DNA of 64,000 nt from an uncultured bacterium (GCA_963736115.1 CAVTNR010000027.1:64001-128000); one strand, 5' to 3'. Numbered from the stretch's first letter, positions 9,496 through 20,770 are shown. Made by a program: numbers and translations. Notes: a model not told the origin generated them from the letters alone.

Positions 9496-11979
9496 CTAAA
9501 TATTTGTAAATTCATATGTCCGGCCGGGCGCTGTTTCAACGTCGTACAGGTACCCTTCCGGCACGCGGCGGAGTTCGATCCGGGCGGCTTTGGAAATAAT
9601 AGGAGGCTTTCCCTCCGGAATCCAGTAAAAGGGATTTGGATTATTCCCTTTGGCGGCTTTCAGCCGCGTACGCCCTTCCCCTTTCAACGGGAATCGCGAA
9701 CGAACCCGGCAGTTTCCGCCGAGCGTGGATCGGATGTTCAAACGGGTGATCATCCCCTCTTTCCACTCCATCGACGCGATTTCAAAACCGCCGCGCGCCC
9801 TGAGTCCGGTCACATTTCCTTCCGGCCACGCGCCGGGCAGGGCCGGAAGCACGTGAATGGCGCCGTCGTCGCTCTGCAGCAGCATCTCCGCGATGCCCGA
9901 TGTGAATCCGAAATTCCCGTCGATCTGGAACGGAGGATGGGCGTCGAAAAGGTTGGGATAGGTTCCGCCTGATTCTGCGAAACCTACTCCGGGCCTCCGG
10001 TCCAGGGGTTTGATCTGTTCTTTGACGAGCCGGTACGCGTGATCGCCGTCCAGGAAGTGGGCCCACATGTTGATTTTCCAGTTCATCGACCAGCCCGTGG
10101 AGGGATCCCCGCGATGCAGCAGCGACGTTCGGCCGGCGTCGAACAGTTCCGGCGTCCGGTACGGCGAAATCTGATTCCCCGGATAAACGCCGTACAGATG
10201 GGAGACATGGCGATGATGGTCGTCGGGATTGTCCCAGTCCTCGAGCCATTCCTGCAGCTGGCCGTGCCGGCCGATCTGCATGGGCGGCAGTCTATGCAGA
10301 GTCGATTCGAGTTCCCTGACAAATGCCGGATCGGTTTTCAGCAGCCGGGCGGAGCGGGCCGTCGCAGTCAGGAGGTCGAAAACAAGCTGGTTGTCGAGTG
10401 TGGCTCCGGCCGTGATCGAATATTGCGGGTGGATGGAGGGGGCGTTCTCCGGGGAAACAGAAGGGCAGACGACCAGCCATTTTTTTGTAGGTTCCTCAAC
10501 GAGAAATCCCAGATAGAACTCAGCCGCTCCCTTCAGGATCGGATAAACCGAGCGCAGATACTCCATGTCCCCGTTGAACAGGTATTTCTGCCAGAGGTGC
10601 TGGCACAGCCAGGCGCCGCCGCTCGGCCACAGCCCCCAGAACGCACCGTCCACCGGGCCGTTGATACGCCACAGATCGGTGTTGTGGTGGAGAACCCATC
10701 CGTCCGCGCCGTACATGCTCTTCGCCGTCTGCCGTCCTGTTTCCGAAAGCTCGCGGACCATCTGAACCAGGGGTTCTGCCATTTCGGGGAGCCCCGTGGT
10801 TTCGGCAGGCCAGTAATTCATCTCCGTGTTGATATTGACCGTGTATTTGCTGTCCCAGGGCGGGAACAGCTGGTCGTTCCAGAGACCCTGCAGCGTGGCG
10901 GGTTGTCCCCCGGGCTGAGAGGAACTGATCAGAAGATAACGGCCGAACTGGAAAACCAAGGCCGCCAGGTGCGGATCGTTCCCGCGGCCGAATTGTTCGA
11001 TGCGGACGTCGGTGGGATTCCGCGCGGAATCCGTCACGCCGAGATTCAATCGGACCCGTCCGTAGAACTTCCGGTATGCCTCGATATGATCGTTGAGAGC
11101 GGCCGCGTAATCCTTTTCCGCGGATCGGATGAGCGGCTCTTCGGCTCTCCGGTGCGGATCGCCGCTGATATCATCGTACCGGATGAAGCTGGAGGCAATG
11201 GAGACGATGATCAGAGCGGCGTCCGCATGACGGACAAAAACCGCCCCTTCGACCGCATCTTTCTCTCCATTTTCAGATAGGACCCGCGCCGCGGCGGCGA
11301 ACCGAACTTTCCCATGGACGGACTCGCAGTCTCCTGTTGTTCCGGACAGAACGATCCGATCTGGATCTTCTGTCGAAACATCAAAATCCGCAGGCCTGTC
11401 CATGGAGACCGCGAAATTCAATTGACCGGGCCGGTCCGCGGTGATTCGGATAAAAATCACCTGATCGGCGAATGAGGCGAAGACCTCCCGATGGAAGGTG
11501 ACCTCCCCTACCCGGTAACGCGTGGTCGCGACCGCCCGTTCCAGATCGAGTTCACGCCTGTAATCCGACGCCCGTTCATGCCCGGGAAAGGAGAGAACCA
11601 GGTCTCCGACGGTCTGATACGGCATGCCGTGAGCGATTTTCGAGACCATTTTCTCGTTGGCCAGCGCCTGCGCGGCGCCGACCTCTCCGCTGAAAATCAG
11701 GCGGCGGACTTCGGGAAGCGCCTGGAGCGCGTCCGGATTGTCGTTCCGGTAGGGTCCCCCCGCCCAGACCGTGCCTTCGTTCAGCTGGATGCGTTCGCGC
11801 CAGGGATTTCCGAAGACCATCGCGCCCAGCCGTCCGTTGCCCACGGGCAGGGCCTCGGTCCAGACACGGGCCGGTTTATCGTACCACAGCATGAACGGTG
11901 CCGTTGTCCGGCTCGGGTCCGCCGAAGCCGCAGCCGACAGTAAAAGAACGATCCCGGTCGCGAAAACCCGCCTTTTCAT
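9496..11979 (-). CDS. Glycoside hydrolase family 95 (alpha-L-fucosidase / alpha-L-galactosidase), secreted
   Basis: Signal peptide; [53 protein letters not shown]. Confidence 0.95.
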   Translation of the reverse strand: MKRRVFATGIVLLLSAAASADPSRTTAPFMLWYDKPARVWTEALPVGNGRLGAMVFGNPWRERIQLNEGTVWAGGPYRNDNPDALQALPEVRRLIFSGEVGAAQALANEKMVSKIAHGMPYQTVGDLVLSFPGHERASDYRRELDLERAVATTRYRVGEVTFHREVFASFADQVIFIRITADRPGQLNFAVSMDRPADFDVSTEDPDRIVLSGTTGDCESVHGKVRFAAAARVLSENGEKDAVEGAVFVRHADAALIIVSIASSFIRYDDISGDPHRRAEEPLIRSAEKDYAAALNDHIEAYRKFYGRVRLNLGVTDSARNPTDVRIEQFGRGNDPHLAALVFQFGRYLLISSSQPGGQPATLQGLWNDQLFPPWDSKYTVNINTEMNYWPAETTGLPEMAEPLVQMVRELSETGRQTAKSMYGADGWVLHHNTDLWRINGPVDGAFWGLWPSGGAWLCQHLWQKYLFNGDMEYLRSVYPILKGAAEFYLGFLVEEPTKKWLVVCPSVSPENAPSIHPQYSITAGATLDNQLVFDLLTATARSARLLKTDPAFVRELESTLHRLPPMQIGRHGQLQEWLEDWDNPDDHHRHVSHLYGVYPGNQISPYRTPELFDAGRTSLLHRGDPSTGWSMNWKINMWAHFLDGDHAYRLVKEQIKPLDRRPGVGFAESGGTYPNLFDAHPPFQIDGNFGFTSGIAEMLLQSDDGAIHVLPALPGAWPEGNVTGLRARGGFEIASMEWKEGMITRLNIRSTLGGNCRVRSRFPLKGEGRTRLKAAKGNNPNPFYWIPEGKPPIISKAARIELRRVPEGYLYDVETAPGRTYEFTNI

Positions 11980-12043
11980 GATTCACTCCCGTTCGGGGTA
12001 TTCGGATTCGAATACGAAAATACCGCCGGAAACCGGCGTGTTT

Positions 12044-13102
12044 CTACAAAGAAGCGCCGACCGTGAACATGGAATAATCGCCCAGGAGCCCGGTCGACTT
12101 GAGGGCGTAATCGATTTTCAGCGTACGGTTGTTCATGAGGGCCCAGTGGATCCCTCCGCCGTACGTCCAGCCGTATTCGCTGCGGTCCATGAACAGACCC
12201 CGGTATCCGCTCCTCAGACAGAGTGCGACCCTTCCCGGAATACGGATCCGGTATTCGCCCCCGAGGTTCACGGATTCGCTGTTGTTGTTGGCGTGCAGTG
12301 CGTCGACCGCCACGCACAGCTGATGATGAGCCGTTTTGAACGGCAGCATCGAGGCACCGACCCGGAAAATCAGCGGCAACTCCCAGGACTGGAGACGGAA
12401 CTGGCCTTCCACGTCCTTGTAGTTCCCCTCGTCTTCCGAGATATCGACCGGCTGGAGCAGATCCATGCCGTCAAAACGCATTTTGGTGCCGTAATTGGAG
12501 ATGCTCATGCCGATGGCGAGTCCGTTTTCGCGGGTTTCGTCCGGCGAAAAGAAGCCGGTGTTGATGAGGAGCCCCAGATCCAGGGCCGCCGCGTTGGCGC
12601 GCATGTGCCAGATGCCGGAAGTCACGTACTTGAACGTGGCGCCGAACCCGAACCATTGGGCCAGTTTCCGGGCATAGGAGACGCTCGCGGCGATGTCCAT
12701 GGCGGAATAAGTCTCTCCCGTGCCTTCCTGCATTTCCATGGTCGTCACCGGCGTGGTTCCATAACTCATGCCCGTGAATGACAGGGCGAACGTGCCGAAA
12801 GAAGGCAGAACGACGGCCGCGGCGGCATGGGTAAACCGGATGTCCACGATCCACGGCTGATAGGCGAACTGGATCTCGTTCCGATTCATGAAGGAGAGGC
12901 CGGCCGGGTTCCAGTATGCCGAGGAAAGGTCACGGGCGACGCTGACATAGGCCTCTCCCATGGCGGAACCCGCGCTTTCAGCGCCGATTTCCAGGAAATT
13001 GGCGGTCGTCGTTCCCACACGGTAGGGCTTGGACTGTCCCGTCAAGGGAAGGACGCCCAGCAGCACCGTCGCGATGATCGCCGCAGTTTGAAGTGTCTTC
13101 AT
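12044..13102 (-). CDS. PorV/PorQ-family outer-membrane barrel
   Basis: VGTTTANFLEIGAESAGSAMGEAYVSVARDLSSAYWNPAGL is the typical PorV-family N-terminus; beta-strand pattern follows. Confidence 0.85.
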   Translation of the reverse strand: MKTLQTAAIIATVLLGVLPLTGQSKPYRVGTTTANFLEIGAESAGSAMGEAYVSVARDLSSAYWNPAGLSFMNRNEIQFAYQPWIVDIRFTHAAAAVVLPSFGTFALSFTGMSYGTTPVTTMEMQEGTGETYSAMDIAASVSYARKLAQWFGFGATFKYVTSGIWHMRANAAALDLGLLINTGFFSPDETRENGLAIGMSISNYGTKMRFDGMDLLQPVDISEDEGNYKDVEGQFRLQSWELPLIFRVGASMLPFKTAHHQLCVAVDALHANNNSESVNLGGEYRIRIPGRVALCLRSGYRGLFMDRSEYGWTYGGGIHWALMNNRTLKIDYALKSTGLLGDYSMFTVGASL

Positions 13103-13148
13103 ATCCGTTCTCCTGTATTGTCGTGACCAGAGGGTTGCGACGGATCCG

Positions 13149-16100
13149 TCACTTGATGACCGCGAACTTTCCGACTTTGTCCCGGCCGGTGGCGTTGGAG
13201 TGAACGTGGTAAATGTACATCCCGGCGGCTATTTCCAGTCCCTCGCGGGACACCAGGTTCCAGTGCACCGTGCCGTCGTCCGGCCCGTTGTCCACGTCGA
13301 TCTTGTCGACCAGCACGCCCGAGGGAGTATAGATTCGGATGATGCAGTCGGCCGGGACGTGCGTGAACATGATCTGCCGCCTCTGGTTCAGATATTTGTT
13401 CGCGACGGCCGTTTCCATGAGGTTCGTGGAGATGTAGGGATTCGGCACGACCTTGATCGAATCCATGGCGGAGGCCACCCGGGACGGATCCAGCGCAATC
13501 TCCGGCCGAACGGAGAAGACGAACGAATCGGTTTCCGAGAGGGGGGTGTTCACGCCGACGCGGTACCGGTCGCCGGGCGCGGTTGGATTCGCGGTGGTCG
13601 CGGCGTCACTGAAATCAATCGAAAAGATCGTACCGCCCCACCAGTAATTATCCTTGTCCTTGGCCGCGTATCCCGCCAGGATCCGGTCCGTATCCCAGTC
13701 GAACACGCCGTTTTCATTCGTGTCGTACAGGACGAGGTCCACTGTCTCGGCGTTGCCGAGGCTATCCGGTCCCACCGTGGTGTTGACGACACGAAACGGG
13801 TATCGCAGGCCGATCCCCCGCCTCTTATTGGACACCAGAGAGCCGTCAACATCATATATCCCGCTCGTGCGGTTGGTGATCGACTGATATTCCATATCCG
13901 GGTCGAAAATAATTTCGTACTGGAACGGAAAGAAGAGCAGCGCGGGACCCGCCTGGACGCGGATCGGCGCCTCTCCCTGCATCCATCCGGTCTTCATGGG
14001 GTCGCGGTCGATGAACACCGAATCGGCCGGAACCGATATCCGGCAGTGAAGCCCCTCGAACACGTCCGTGGTAATGGCGGATCCGGGCTGCAGGCGCCAG
14101 ACTTTTAGATCCGGATCGAATTGTATATTGGATTCGGTGAACCCATTCGCGGAATCCTCCTGATACACGGTGACGGGCGATTCCGTAATGTCGTCGATCC
14201 GCAAGCCGGAGGTCACGAGTTTTCCGTCCCGCGGCGCACGCCGCGTTTTGGAAAGGGCGTAATTGGCTATTTTGGAAGTGTGGAACAGGACCCGGTATGT
14301 ATGACCGGGCTGGATCTCCTTCGAATCGACGATGGCCGGCGCGATCAATCCATCCAGGAGCCTTTCGCTCGAATTCGCCTGGTCGATCGTGATTTCGGGA
14401 GGCACGTAACCGGCCGCCGCCTGCCCGGGCTTCACCACCTGCACGTTCTGTCCGATCCGGACCACGTTCTCGGCCTCGTCCAGCTCGATGTCCACGCCGC
14501 TCTCGGCAGGCGCGATGTCCAGGTCCTCGACGCCGTAATCATAGGCCACCAGCGCGTAATAATAGGTTCGGCCGTTCTGCACGTCGGTGTCGATGAAGTA
14601 ATGACGGATGCCCGTGTCGTCCCCGAGATACACAAGGTGCCCGTCCATCGCCCCGCCGAGATTGCTGTAGCCCTTGATGGTGTCGACCTTGTCGCACTGA
14701 AACAGCGGCGCGCGGTATTTCTTCGTTCCTTTTCCGTCGGTGATGACCCTCGCGTCCGACATGAACTTGTCGGTCGATTTGTACAGTTTGTAGCCCTCGA
14801 AATCGTTGACGTTCTGCAGGAGCGGTTCGCGCGTCTTGGTGTCGGATATGTCATCCCAGGTGAGGATGACCTTGCCGTCCCCGGCCGCGGCCTTGAGCGT
14901 GGGCATGAGCGGCGGCTGCGCGAACTGATAATCGTGGTCATAGATGATCTGGGCCACTTCCTTGAGGCGGAACAGATTCTCCGCCCGGTGCGCCTTGGCG
15001 TTCAGGGTGGCCATGTTTTCATAAGCCGCCATGAAAGCCATGGACACCCGCTCCGTCCGGCCCTTGTAGAGCGGGAACGGCGAGGAGGCAAAAATCATGT
15101 AGATGGATCCGTAGGAGCCGGCGACCAGATAATCGCAGAGCGTATCCGAATTCATCACGTTCCAGACATTCATATCCTCATTCAAGGTCAGGCGGAGGGT
15201 GTTCTGCCACTGGGCCCAGTCAAACAGCAGGAAGCTGGTCAGTCCGACCATGTCGGACTCGCTGACATCGAGGGGCCCGAAATTGGGTTCACCTTTGACG
15301 TCGATGAAGTCCGGTTTGTGATTGCATTCGCTCCCGTCCGCGTCCGGGCCATAGTAGTTCAGATCGCCAGGACCGACACCGTCCACACCGACGTCGTCGC
15401 CACAGAAAGCGCCGAGTTCCAGCGTCCAATCTCCGCTTTCGGTGCGATCGGCATAGGAGCCGTCCTGATCAGGGTCGATGCCGTCCTGCCAGTCCTGGTC
15501 CTCGTCGCCCTCCCAGTGGGGCTGGGGTTCCCGGTGGTTGAATGCGCGGAACTTCTCCACGTCGATCAACCGTCCGCCCGGTCCCATCTCCGCGGCGACC
15601 CATTGTCCTGCGGGGTTGTCCCGGCTTTCATCGATGATTCCGTCATCGTCGTTGTCCTCGCCGTCGAATGCCTTGCCGGGGCTCTCCAGATAGGCGTACC
15701 CCATGACGCCGGGTATCCTGCCGCCTTCCCCCTGCCCCAGTCTTTCCCACACGTAGGCAAGATCGAGGACTTTGTCCCGGAAGCCGACCTCGTTTTCGCC
15801 GCTGGCGTCTCCGCCGATGCTGTTGTCCACATAATACCCGAATCCGCTTTTCGGCAAATCGTATTCCGAAATATTCGAAACGTTGTATTCCCAGAAAACG
15901 ATGTCCTGTGCCTCATTGTTGGCCCATTGATATCCCCTGACTTCGTATCGCAGACCGAGGCCTCCCCACGGCAGGCCTTTTTGGATGGTGACATACGGGT
16001 CGATGTCGCCGATGATATGGCCCGGCCGCGGAATGTACCTCGGCCCGAGGGTGATCAGCTTTTCTTCCGGATCATTCCGCTGGATGATGTGTTCCATGTC

Positions 16101-16724
16101 CTGCGCGTCATTCGCGACGAAGTAAGATTCGAGCGCCGCCTTCATGACGCCGCGGCCGAAACGGCCGTTCCATTCGCCCGGCCAGACTTTGGTGAATCCG
16201 GTCAGGGGCCACCCTTCCGTCGGCCAGGATTCCGGTTTGTTGCTCATGGCCGCGTAATCCTGGGACGGATTGGCGTACCCGGGAACCGGATAGATCCCCC
16301 ACTCCACGGTTCCGTCGTAATTCAAGTCCGGTTTATCGTCAGGGTAGGAATGCGACTCGACGATGTATATCGTATCGATGGAACCGGCTTCGAGCAGACG
16401 GGAGTCATCCAGCCGGTCGATCGGTATGGAATCCTGGTATACGGTCACTTCGCTTCCCGCCAGGATGGACGCGACGTCGATCATCCGCTGTCCCGTGTAG
16501 TCATTCGGCCAGCGGCTCGTGCCTGTGGCGGGAAAGTCGGCTATTTGCGTATTATTCTCGAAATACAGCATCAGCCGGTTCATGTTCATGTATCCGGAAC
16601 GGATGGCCGAGATGTCGCCCGCCGGATCCTCGGGGCCCGTGTATGGCCTGCCCTGGGCCCAGGCGCCGGATGCGCACAAAACCGCCCCCAGGCATGCCGC
16701 GAGAATTCCAGTCTGTATTTTCAT
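13149..16724 (-). CDS. Large secreted protein with acidic DxDxDG loops, FN3-like segment and T9SS-type C-terminal domain
   Basis: Signal peptide; DGEDNDDDGIIDE-type motifs; AAAGDGKVILTWD...YYYALVAYD (FN3-like); C-terminus IKVVPNPY...IRIYT..G.LV...WNL...AAGMYIYHV...GKFAVIK. Confidence 0.75.
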   Translation of the reverse strand: MKIQTGILAACLGAVLCASGAWAQGRPYTGPEDPAGDISAIRSGYMNMNRLMLYFENNTQIADFPATGTSRWPNDYTGQRMIDVASILAGSEVTVYQDSIPIDRLDDSRLLEAGSIDTIYIVESHSYPDDKPDLNYDGTVEWGIYPVPGYANPSQDYAAMSNKPESWPTEGWPLTGFTKVWPGEWNGRFGRGVMKAALESYFVANDAQDMEHIIQRNDPEEKLITLGPRYIPRPGHIIGDIDPYVTIQKGLPWGGLGLRYEVRGYQWANNEAQDIVFWEYNVSNISEYDLPKSGFGYYVDNSIGGDASGENEVGFRDKVLDLAYVWERLGQGEGGRIPGVMGYAYLESPGKAFDGEDNDDDGIIDESRDNPAGQWVAAEMGPGGRLIDVEKFRAFNHREPQPHWEGDEDQDWQDGIDPDQDGSYADRTESGDWTLELGAFCGDDVGVDGVGPGDLNYYGPDADGSECNHKPDFIDVKGEPNFGPLDVSESDMVGLTSFLLFDWAQWQNTLRLTLNEDMNVWNVMNSDTLCDYLVAGSYGSIYMIFASSPFPLYKGRTERVSMAFMAAYENMATLNAKAHRAENLFRLKEVAQIIYDHDYQFAQPPLMPTLKAAAGDGKVILTWDDISDTKTREPLLQNVNDFEGYKLYKSTDKFMSDARVITDGKGTKKYRAPLFQCDKVDTIKGYSNLGGAMDGHLVYLGDDTGIRHYFIDTDVQNGRTYYYALVAYDYGVEDLDIAPAESGVDIELDEAENVVRIGQNVQVVKPGQAAAGYVPPEITIDQANSSERLLDGLIAPAIVDSKEIQPGHTYRVLFHTSKIANYALSKTRRAPRDGKLVTSGLRIDDITESPVTVYQEDSANGFTESNIQFDPDLKVWRLQPGSAITTDVFEGLHCRISVPADSVFIDRDPMKTGWMQGEAPIRVQAGPALLFFPFQYEIIFDPDMEYQSITNRTSGIYDVDGSLVSNKRRGIGLRYPFRVVNTTVGPDSLGNAETVDLVLYDTNENGVFDWDTDRILAGYAAKDKDNYWWGGTIFSIDFSDAATTANPTAPGDRYRVGVNTPLSETDSFVFSVRPEIALDPSRVASAMDSIKVVPNPYISTNLMETAVANKYLNQRRQIMFTHVPADCIIRIYTPSGVLVDKIDVDNGPDDGTVHWNLVSREGLEIAAGMYIYHVHSNATGRDKVGKFAVIK

Positions 16725-16786
16725 GCCGATACTCTCCTGAATTGGTGTTCGTTCATCCGCAAGAGGAATGACCCGAGACTTCCGAA

Positions 16787-19540
16787 TTAGAAGCCGTATC
16801 CCACAGTCAGCTTGAACGACCGGGGATACGAATAGGCCGTCGGATTATTGATCCGGTCATCATAATCGTTGAAATCGCTGCGATGATTCAGCAGGTCCCC
16901 TTCCGTCACAATCGTCGATCCGGGATCTCCCGTGTCGCTGTACACCCACGCGGCATTCAGCCGGTCGAACAGATTGTACGCGTTGAGTGTCAGCCTCAGC
17001 GTATGCCGTCCGAAAAGAGGCACGGTGTATCCCGCCGAAAGATCGAAAGACGTGTTCACCGGTTTCTTCGAATTGTTCTGATACAGATTGATCCGGTACA
17101 ACGGGCTGTATCCGGGAGGCGCGTATGAATACGGCGTGCCCGAGTTGAGGTATCCGGTCAGCGCCACGTCGAAATTCCGCATGGAATAGGCGACCGTGGC
17201 GTTCGCCGTGTACAGCTGATCCCAGGACATGGGGATCAGACGCGAGATCGGATCCATGCTGTTCCCCGCCCTAGTGAAAGTTTCACGCGGATTATCCGCT
17301 ACGCCGCGGGTGAAGGCATAGGTGAAGTTGACAATGGAGGACAGCCCGCCCCCGGTATAATCCCACGTCAGTTCGATACCGCGCGCATTGCCGTAATCCT
17401 TGTTGGTGAAAAGACCGTACCGGATCTGGTTGTACGTGGTCATGACCTTGGTGCTGAGCAGGTTGTAGATGTCCTTGTAGTACACGGACACTTCCAGCCC
17501 CATGCCGTCCATGAGCTGCTGCCAGATTCCGAGTTCGTACTGGACCGTTTTCTCCGCCTTGAGCTGGGAATTGCCCATGGTCGTCTGGTAATTGAACGGG
17601 GAAACACGGAAAATATTGTCCTCGAACAGGGCGAACATCTGCGGCATCTGGAAGAAATGCCCGTAACTGAAACGGAGCACCGCCTGGTCACTCAGCTTGT
17701 AGGAAAGCCCCAGGCGCGGGCTGAACTGCGTCTGCGGGGTGTTCCGGGGGTAGGTGGACATCATGGAATCAGGGAGCGCGAGCTGGTTCCCTGGGTTCCT
17801 GAAATTGGAAGGGTAGTGATAATTGGCATTGAAATAATCGTACCGGAGACCCAGCTTGATGACCATTTCCTCGAATTCCATTTTATCCTGGATGTATCCG
17901 GACATTTCGTAAGGTTTGACTTGGTAAATGTTGACCGTATTGTCGGTCACGGGGATGATTTCAGGAATGTAATTCGGGAATGTGATTTTGCCGGTTTCCC
18001 AATCCACCGCCATATCGTTCGCCTCGGACAGTCCGTCGTACAGGTTCCGCACGTCAATCCGGTCCCGGTCCACCACATGCGAGGTGTATTGTAAACCGGT
18101 CTTGAAACCATGGTTCCGGTTGACCTGCCAGTACAAGTCGAATTTAGCGTCCCCCCTCTGGAAAGCGTCCATCCGCTTGCCGGGGTCCACCATGCCGCCT
18201 GTGTAGAACCCGGTTTCCTGGCTGCCCCGGTAATTCGGACTGATGTAGCGCGGATCCAGCGGATTCTCGTACAGGTACGATTCCTCCCTGCGGTCGCTGT
18301 AGGACAGTTTCAGATTGTAATACAACGAACGGGACAGCATGTGGTTGACGTCGAACGACGCCAGATGGACCTCGCTGAAATCCCACGGCAGTCCATCGGG
18401 ATTGTATTTATATTGATAATCTCCCAACCCGTTATTAAACCGTTTGCTCTTGCTCCCATTGAACGAATACAGCAGGTTTGCCTTTAAATTGGAGAACGGT
18501 TTCAGTGTCAGCTTGGCGAGCAGATTGTCGTAGAAATCCTGCTGCATCGCCACGTATTCATTGTCCCCGGTGTGCTCGATGTGCCAGGACGCGGGGTCGT
18601 TCGCCGGATACACGCTGTAATCCCACGGATTGAAACGCCGGATGCCGTTGATCGGGCCGCGGTTGTCCTGCCTGCGGTAATTGACGAAAAACGTCAGCCG
18701 GTCCCTCAGGATGGGGCCTTCGATCTGAGCCTTGTAATCGCGGCTCAGGTTGCGGGAAAGGGCGCCCGAGTTGCCGAGTCCGATAAAAATGTCGTCGTGC
18801 GACGTAAAATAGTTGCTGAATCCGCTCGACACCTGCATGCGCCAGGCATTGCCGCCGTCCTTGGTGACGGCATTGACCATGCCGCTCATCGCGCGGCCGT
18901 ATTCGGCGTCGAAGGTGCCCTTGATCACCTCCAGGTCCTGCACCGTTTCCTTCTCGACATACACGCTCTGGCGCGAATACTCGCTGAAGGAATTGACAAC
19001 CTGAAGGCCGTCGATCATGAACGCGGATTCGCTGGTCCTTCCGCCCCGGAAATGCCCCGCGACGATGCCCGCCTGCATATTCACCACCTGATCGACGTTC
19101 TCCACGGGCAACCGGGCCATCTGGTCGGCCGATACGTTCCGGATCGAGCTGGTCTGGTCCTTCTTGAAGGAAACGGCGCTCGCCGTCACGACAACGGGTT
19201 CACCCTGCAGGACCGTCTTCTCCATTTCGAACCGAAGTGTGGTCGTGGAGTTGACGCTGATGCGGACATTCTGCATCCGGACCGGCCGGTAACCGATCAT
19301 GTTCGCCTGAACCGTGTATGCGCCGGGGGAAATATTGATGATGTAGTAATTCCCCTGAAGGTCGGCGACCGTTCCGATCGCCGTTCCCACCAGCATGACG
19401 TTCGCGCCGACCAGGGGCTCCCGGGTGGCTCTGTCGATGACGATTCCCCCGACTTTACCCGTCGTTTGACCGATCGCCGATCCGGCAAACAGAATCACCG
19501 TCATCAGCGCAAGGACATGACACCCGTTCTTTCTGCGCAT
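16787..19540 (-). CDS. TonB-dependent receptor with carboxypeptidase-regulatory-like N-domain
   Basis: GKVGGIVIDRATREPLVGANV, plug HFRGGR...GTFDAEYGRAMSG, barrel SPRLG and LKAEKTVQYELG, terminal YGF. Confidence 0.92.
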   Translation of the reverse strand: MRRKNGCHVLALMTVILFAGSAIGQTTGKVGGIVIDRATREPLVGANVMLVGTAIGTVADLQGNYYIINISPGAYTVQANMIGYRPVRMQNVRISVNSTTTLRFEMEKTVLQGEPVVVTASAVSFKKDQTSSIRNVSADQMARLPVENVDQVVNMQAGIVAGHFRGGRTSESAFMIDGLQVVNSFSEYSRQSVYVEKETVQDLEVIKGTFDAEYGRAMSGMVNAVTKDGGNAWRMQVSSGFSNYFTSHDDIFIGLGNSGALSRNLSRDYKAQIEGPILRDRLTFFVNYRRQDNRGPINGIRRFNPWDYSVYPANDPASWHIEHTGDNEYVAMQQDFYDNLLAKLTLKPFSNLKANLLYSFNGSKSKRFNNGLGDYQYKYNPDGLPWDFSEVHLASFDVNHMLSRSLYYNLKLSYSDRREESYLYENPLDPRYISPNYRGSQETGFYTGGMVDPGKRMDAFQRGDAKFDLYWQVNRNHGFKTGLQYTSHVVDRDRIDVRNLYDGLSEANDMAVDWETGKITFPNYIPEIIPVTDNTVNIYQVKPYEMSGYIQDKMEFEEMVIKLGLRYDYFNANYHYPSNFRNPGNQLALPDSMMSTYPRNTPQTQFSPRLGLSYKLSDQAVLRFSYGHFFQMPQMFALFEDNIFRVSPFNYQTTMGNSQLKAEKTVQYELGIWQQLMDGMGLEVSVYYKDIYNLLSTKVMTTYNQIRYGLFTNKDYGNARGIELTWDYTGGGLSSIVNFTYAFTRGVADNPRETFTRAGNSMDPISRLIPMSWDQLYTANATVAYSMRNFDVALTGYLNSGTPYSYAPPGYSPLYRINLYQNNSKKPVNTSFDLSAGYTVPLFGRHTLRLTLNAYNLFDRLNAAWVYSDTGDPGSTIVTEGDLLNHRSDFNDYDDRINNPTAYSYPRSFKLTVGYGF

Positions 19541-19604
19541 GCTTTCTCCTTCCTCCGTATTCCGCTGTGAGTGCGCCAGGCTGGATGCCTGCAGAAAATC
19601 AAAT

Positions 19605-19620
19605 ACTTTATCGAGTAAGT
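19605..19620. promoter_or_regulatory. LacI-type operator upstream of the TonB receptor
   Basis: ACTTTATCGAGTAAGT, two mismatches from the palindrome ACTTACTCGAGTAAGT, central CG; near-duplicate of 20672-20687 including the flank. Confidence 0.7.
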
Positions 19621-19634
19621 TAATCGTGCAATAT

Positions 19635-20669
19635 TTACTCTTTCAGGATTCCGGACTGTTCCGGCACTTTAATCGATTTTCCGATTTCTATATCAGAATC
19701 GATCCATACCATTCTATTGAATCCCTTCTCTCCGCGGATGCATTTGAGCATCATCTCCATCGCCTCCAATCCGAGCTCATAGGGATCCACATTGATAATG
19801 GTCATTGAAGGGGACGGTATTTGAGCGAATTCGTGATGGCCGAAGGCGACAATTCCAATGTCATCCGGTATTTTCAATCCCCTTTCACGAATGGCGTCAT
19901 ATGCGCCAAGGGCAATTTGATCGTTGGCGGCAAAAATGACTTCCGGTTTGTCCCGGCTCGTCCAGATCTTCCCGAATCCGGCGATTCCGTCTTTTCTTTC
20001 GAAACCGCCTTCCGCAATCCATTCTTTCCGGACCGGCAATCCATGATTCTTCAGGGAATCCAGATACCCGTCCAGACGGTCGCGGCCGATTCGAACAGGC
20101 GAAGATCCGGCCAAATGACCGATTTTCCGGTATCCGCACCCAATCACGAAATCAATGAGTTTTTTCGCCGCGCCCCGGTCGTCGATTCCGACGAATCCCG
20201 AACCCTGTTCCTCCAGAATCCGATCGAAAAAAATCAACGGTACATCCGAAATCTTCACTTTATGATAGATTGCGGCATCCGGTGTTTCCTTCGAAACCGC
20301 TATCAGCAGTCCGTCGACTCGCATTGAAAGCAGATTGAGGATGTTTTTTTTCTCGATTTCACTTTTCTCACGGGAGACGGCCAGGATCACATGATATCCG
20401 GAACGGACGGCCGCGTCCATGATGCCGTCGACCGCGTAGGAAAAAAACGAGTTTGAGATGTCCGGTACGACGACGCCGATGGTCATTGATTTGCGGGAAT
20501 GAAGTCCCCTGGCGTGATAATGCGGAATGTAATTCAGTTTTTCAGCGAGTTCACGGACGCGCTGTTTCATATCGTCTGAAATATCCGAATCACCCTTGAG
20601 TGCCTTGGAAACCGTGGCTCGGCTGACTTTCAATTTCCGGGCGATTTCGGACTGATTGATGATGGGCAT
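19635..20669 (-). CDS. LacI-family transcriptional regulator
   Basis: MPIINQSEIARKLKVSRATVSKAL HTH, LNYIP hinge, periplasmic-binding-protein-like domain. ATG 20669 preferred because the promoter lies within the tracked upstream extension. Confidence 0.95.
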   Translation of the reverse strand: MPIINQSEIARKLKVSRATVSKALKGDSDISDDMKQRVRELAEKLNYIPHYHARGLHSRKSMTIGVVVPDISNSFFSYAVDGIMDAAVRSGYHVILAVSREKSEIEKKNILNLLSMRVDGLLIAVSKETPDAAIYHKVKISDVPLIFFDRILEEQGSGFVGIDDRGAAKKLIDFVIGCGYRKIGHLAGSSPVRIGRDRLDGYLDSLKNHGLPVRKEWIAEGGFERKDGIAGFGKIWTSRDKPEVIFAANDQIALGAYDAIRERGLKIPDDIGIVAFGHHEFAQIPSPSMTIINVDPYELGLEAMEMMLKCIRGEKGFNRMVWIDSDIEIGKSIKVPEQSGILKE

Positions 20670-20671
20670 GG

Positions 20672-20727
20672 ACTTACTCGTGTAAGTTAATTGATAATAT
20701 TTTACTCTTTTTCTCAACCAATGTCAA
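20672..20727 (-). promoter_or_regulatory. lacI promoter with autoregulatory operator
   Basis: TTGACA(20727-20722)-17 nt-TAAAAT, then the palindrome ACTTACTCGTGTAAGT (20672-20687) immediately before the ATG. Confidence 0.75.
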
Positions 20728-20770
20728 GCGGTTTCTCGATGCAGTGTCGGAACCGGTTTTGTGTCACGCT

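Noticed and set aside
14121-16790. 889-aa plus-strand ORF
   Set aside because: Antisense shadow of the 13149-16724 gene; no motifs; typical of GC-rich codon bias.
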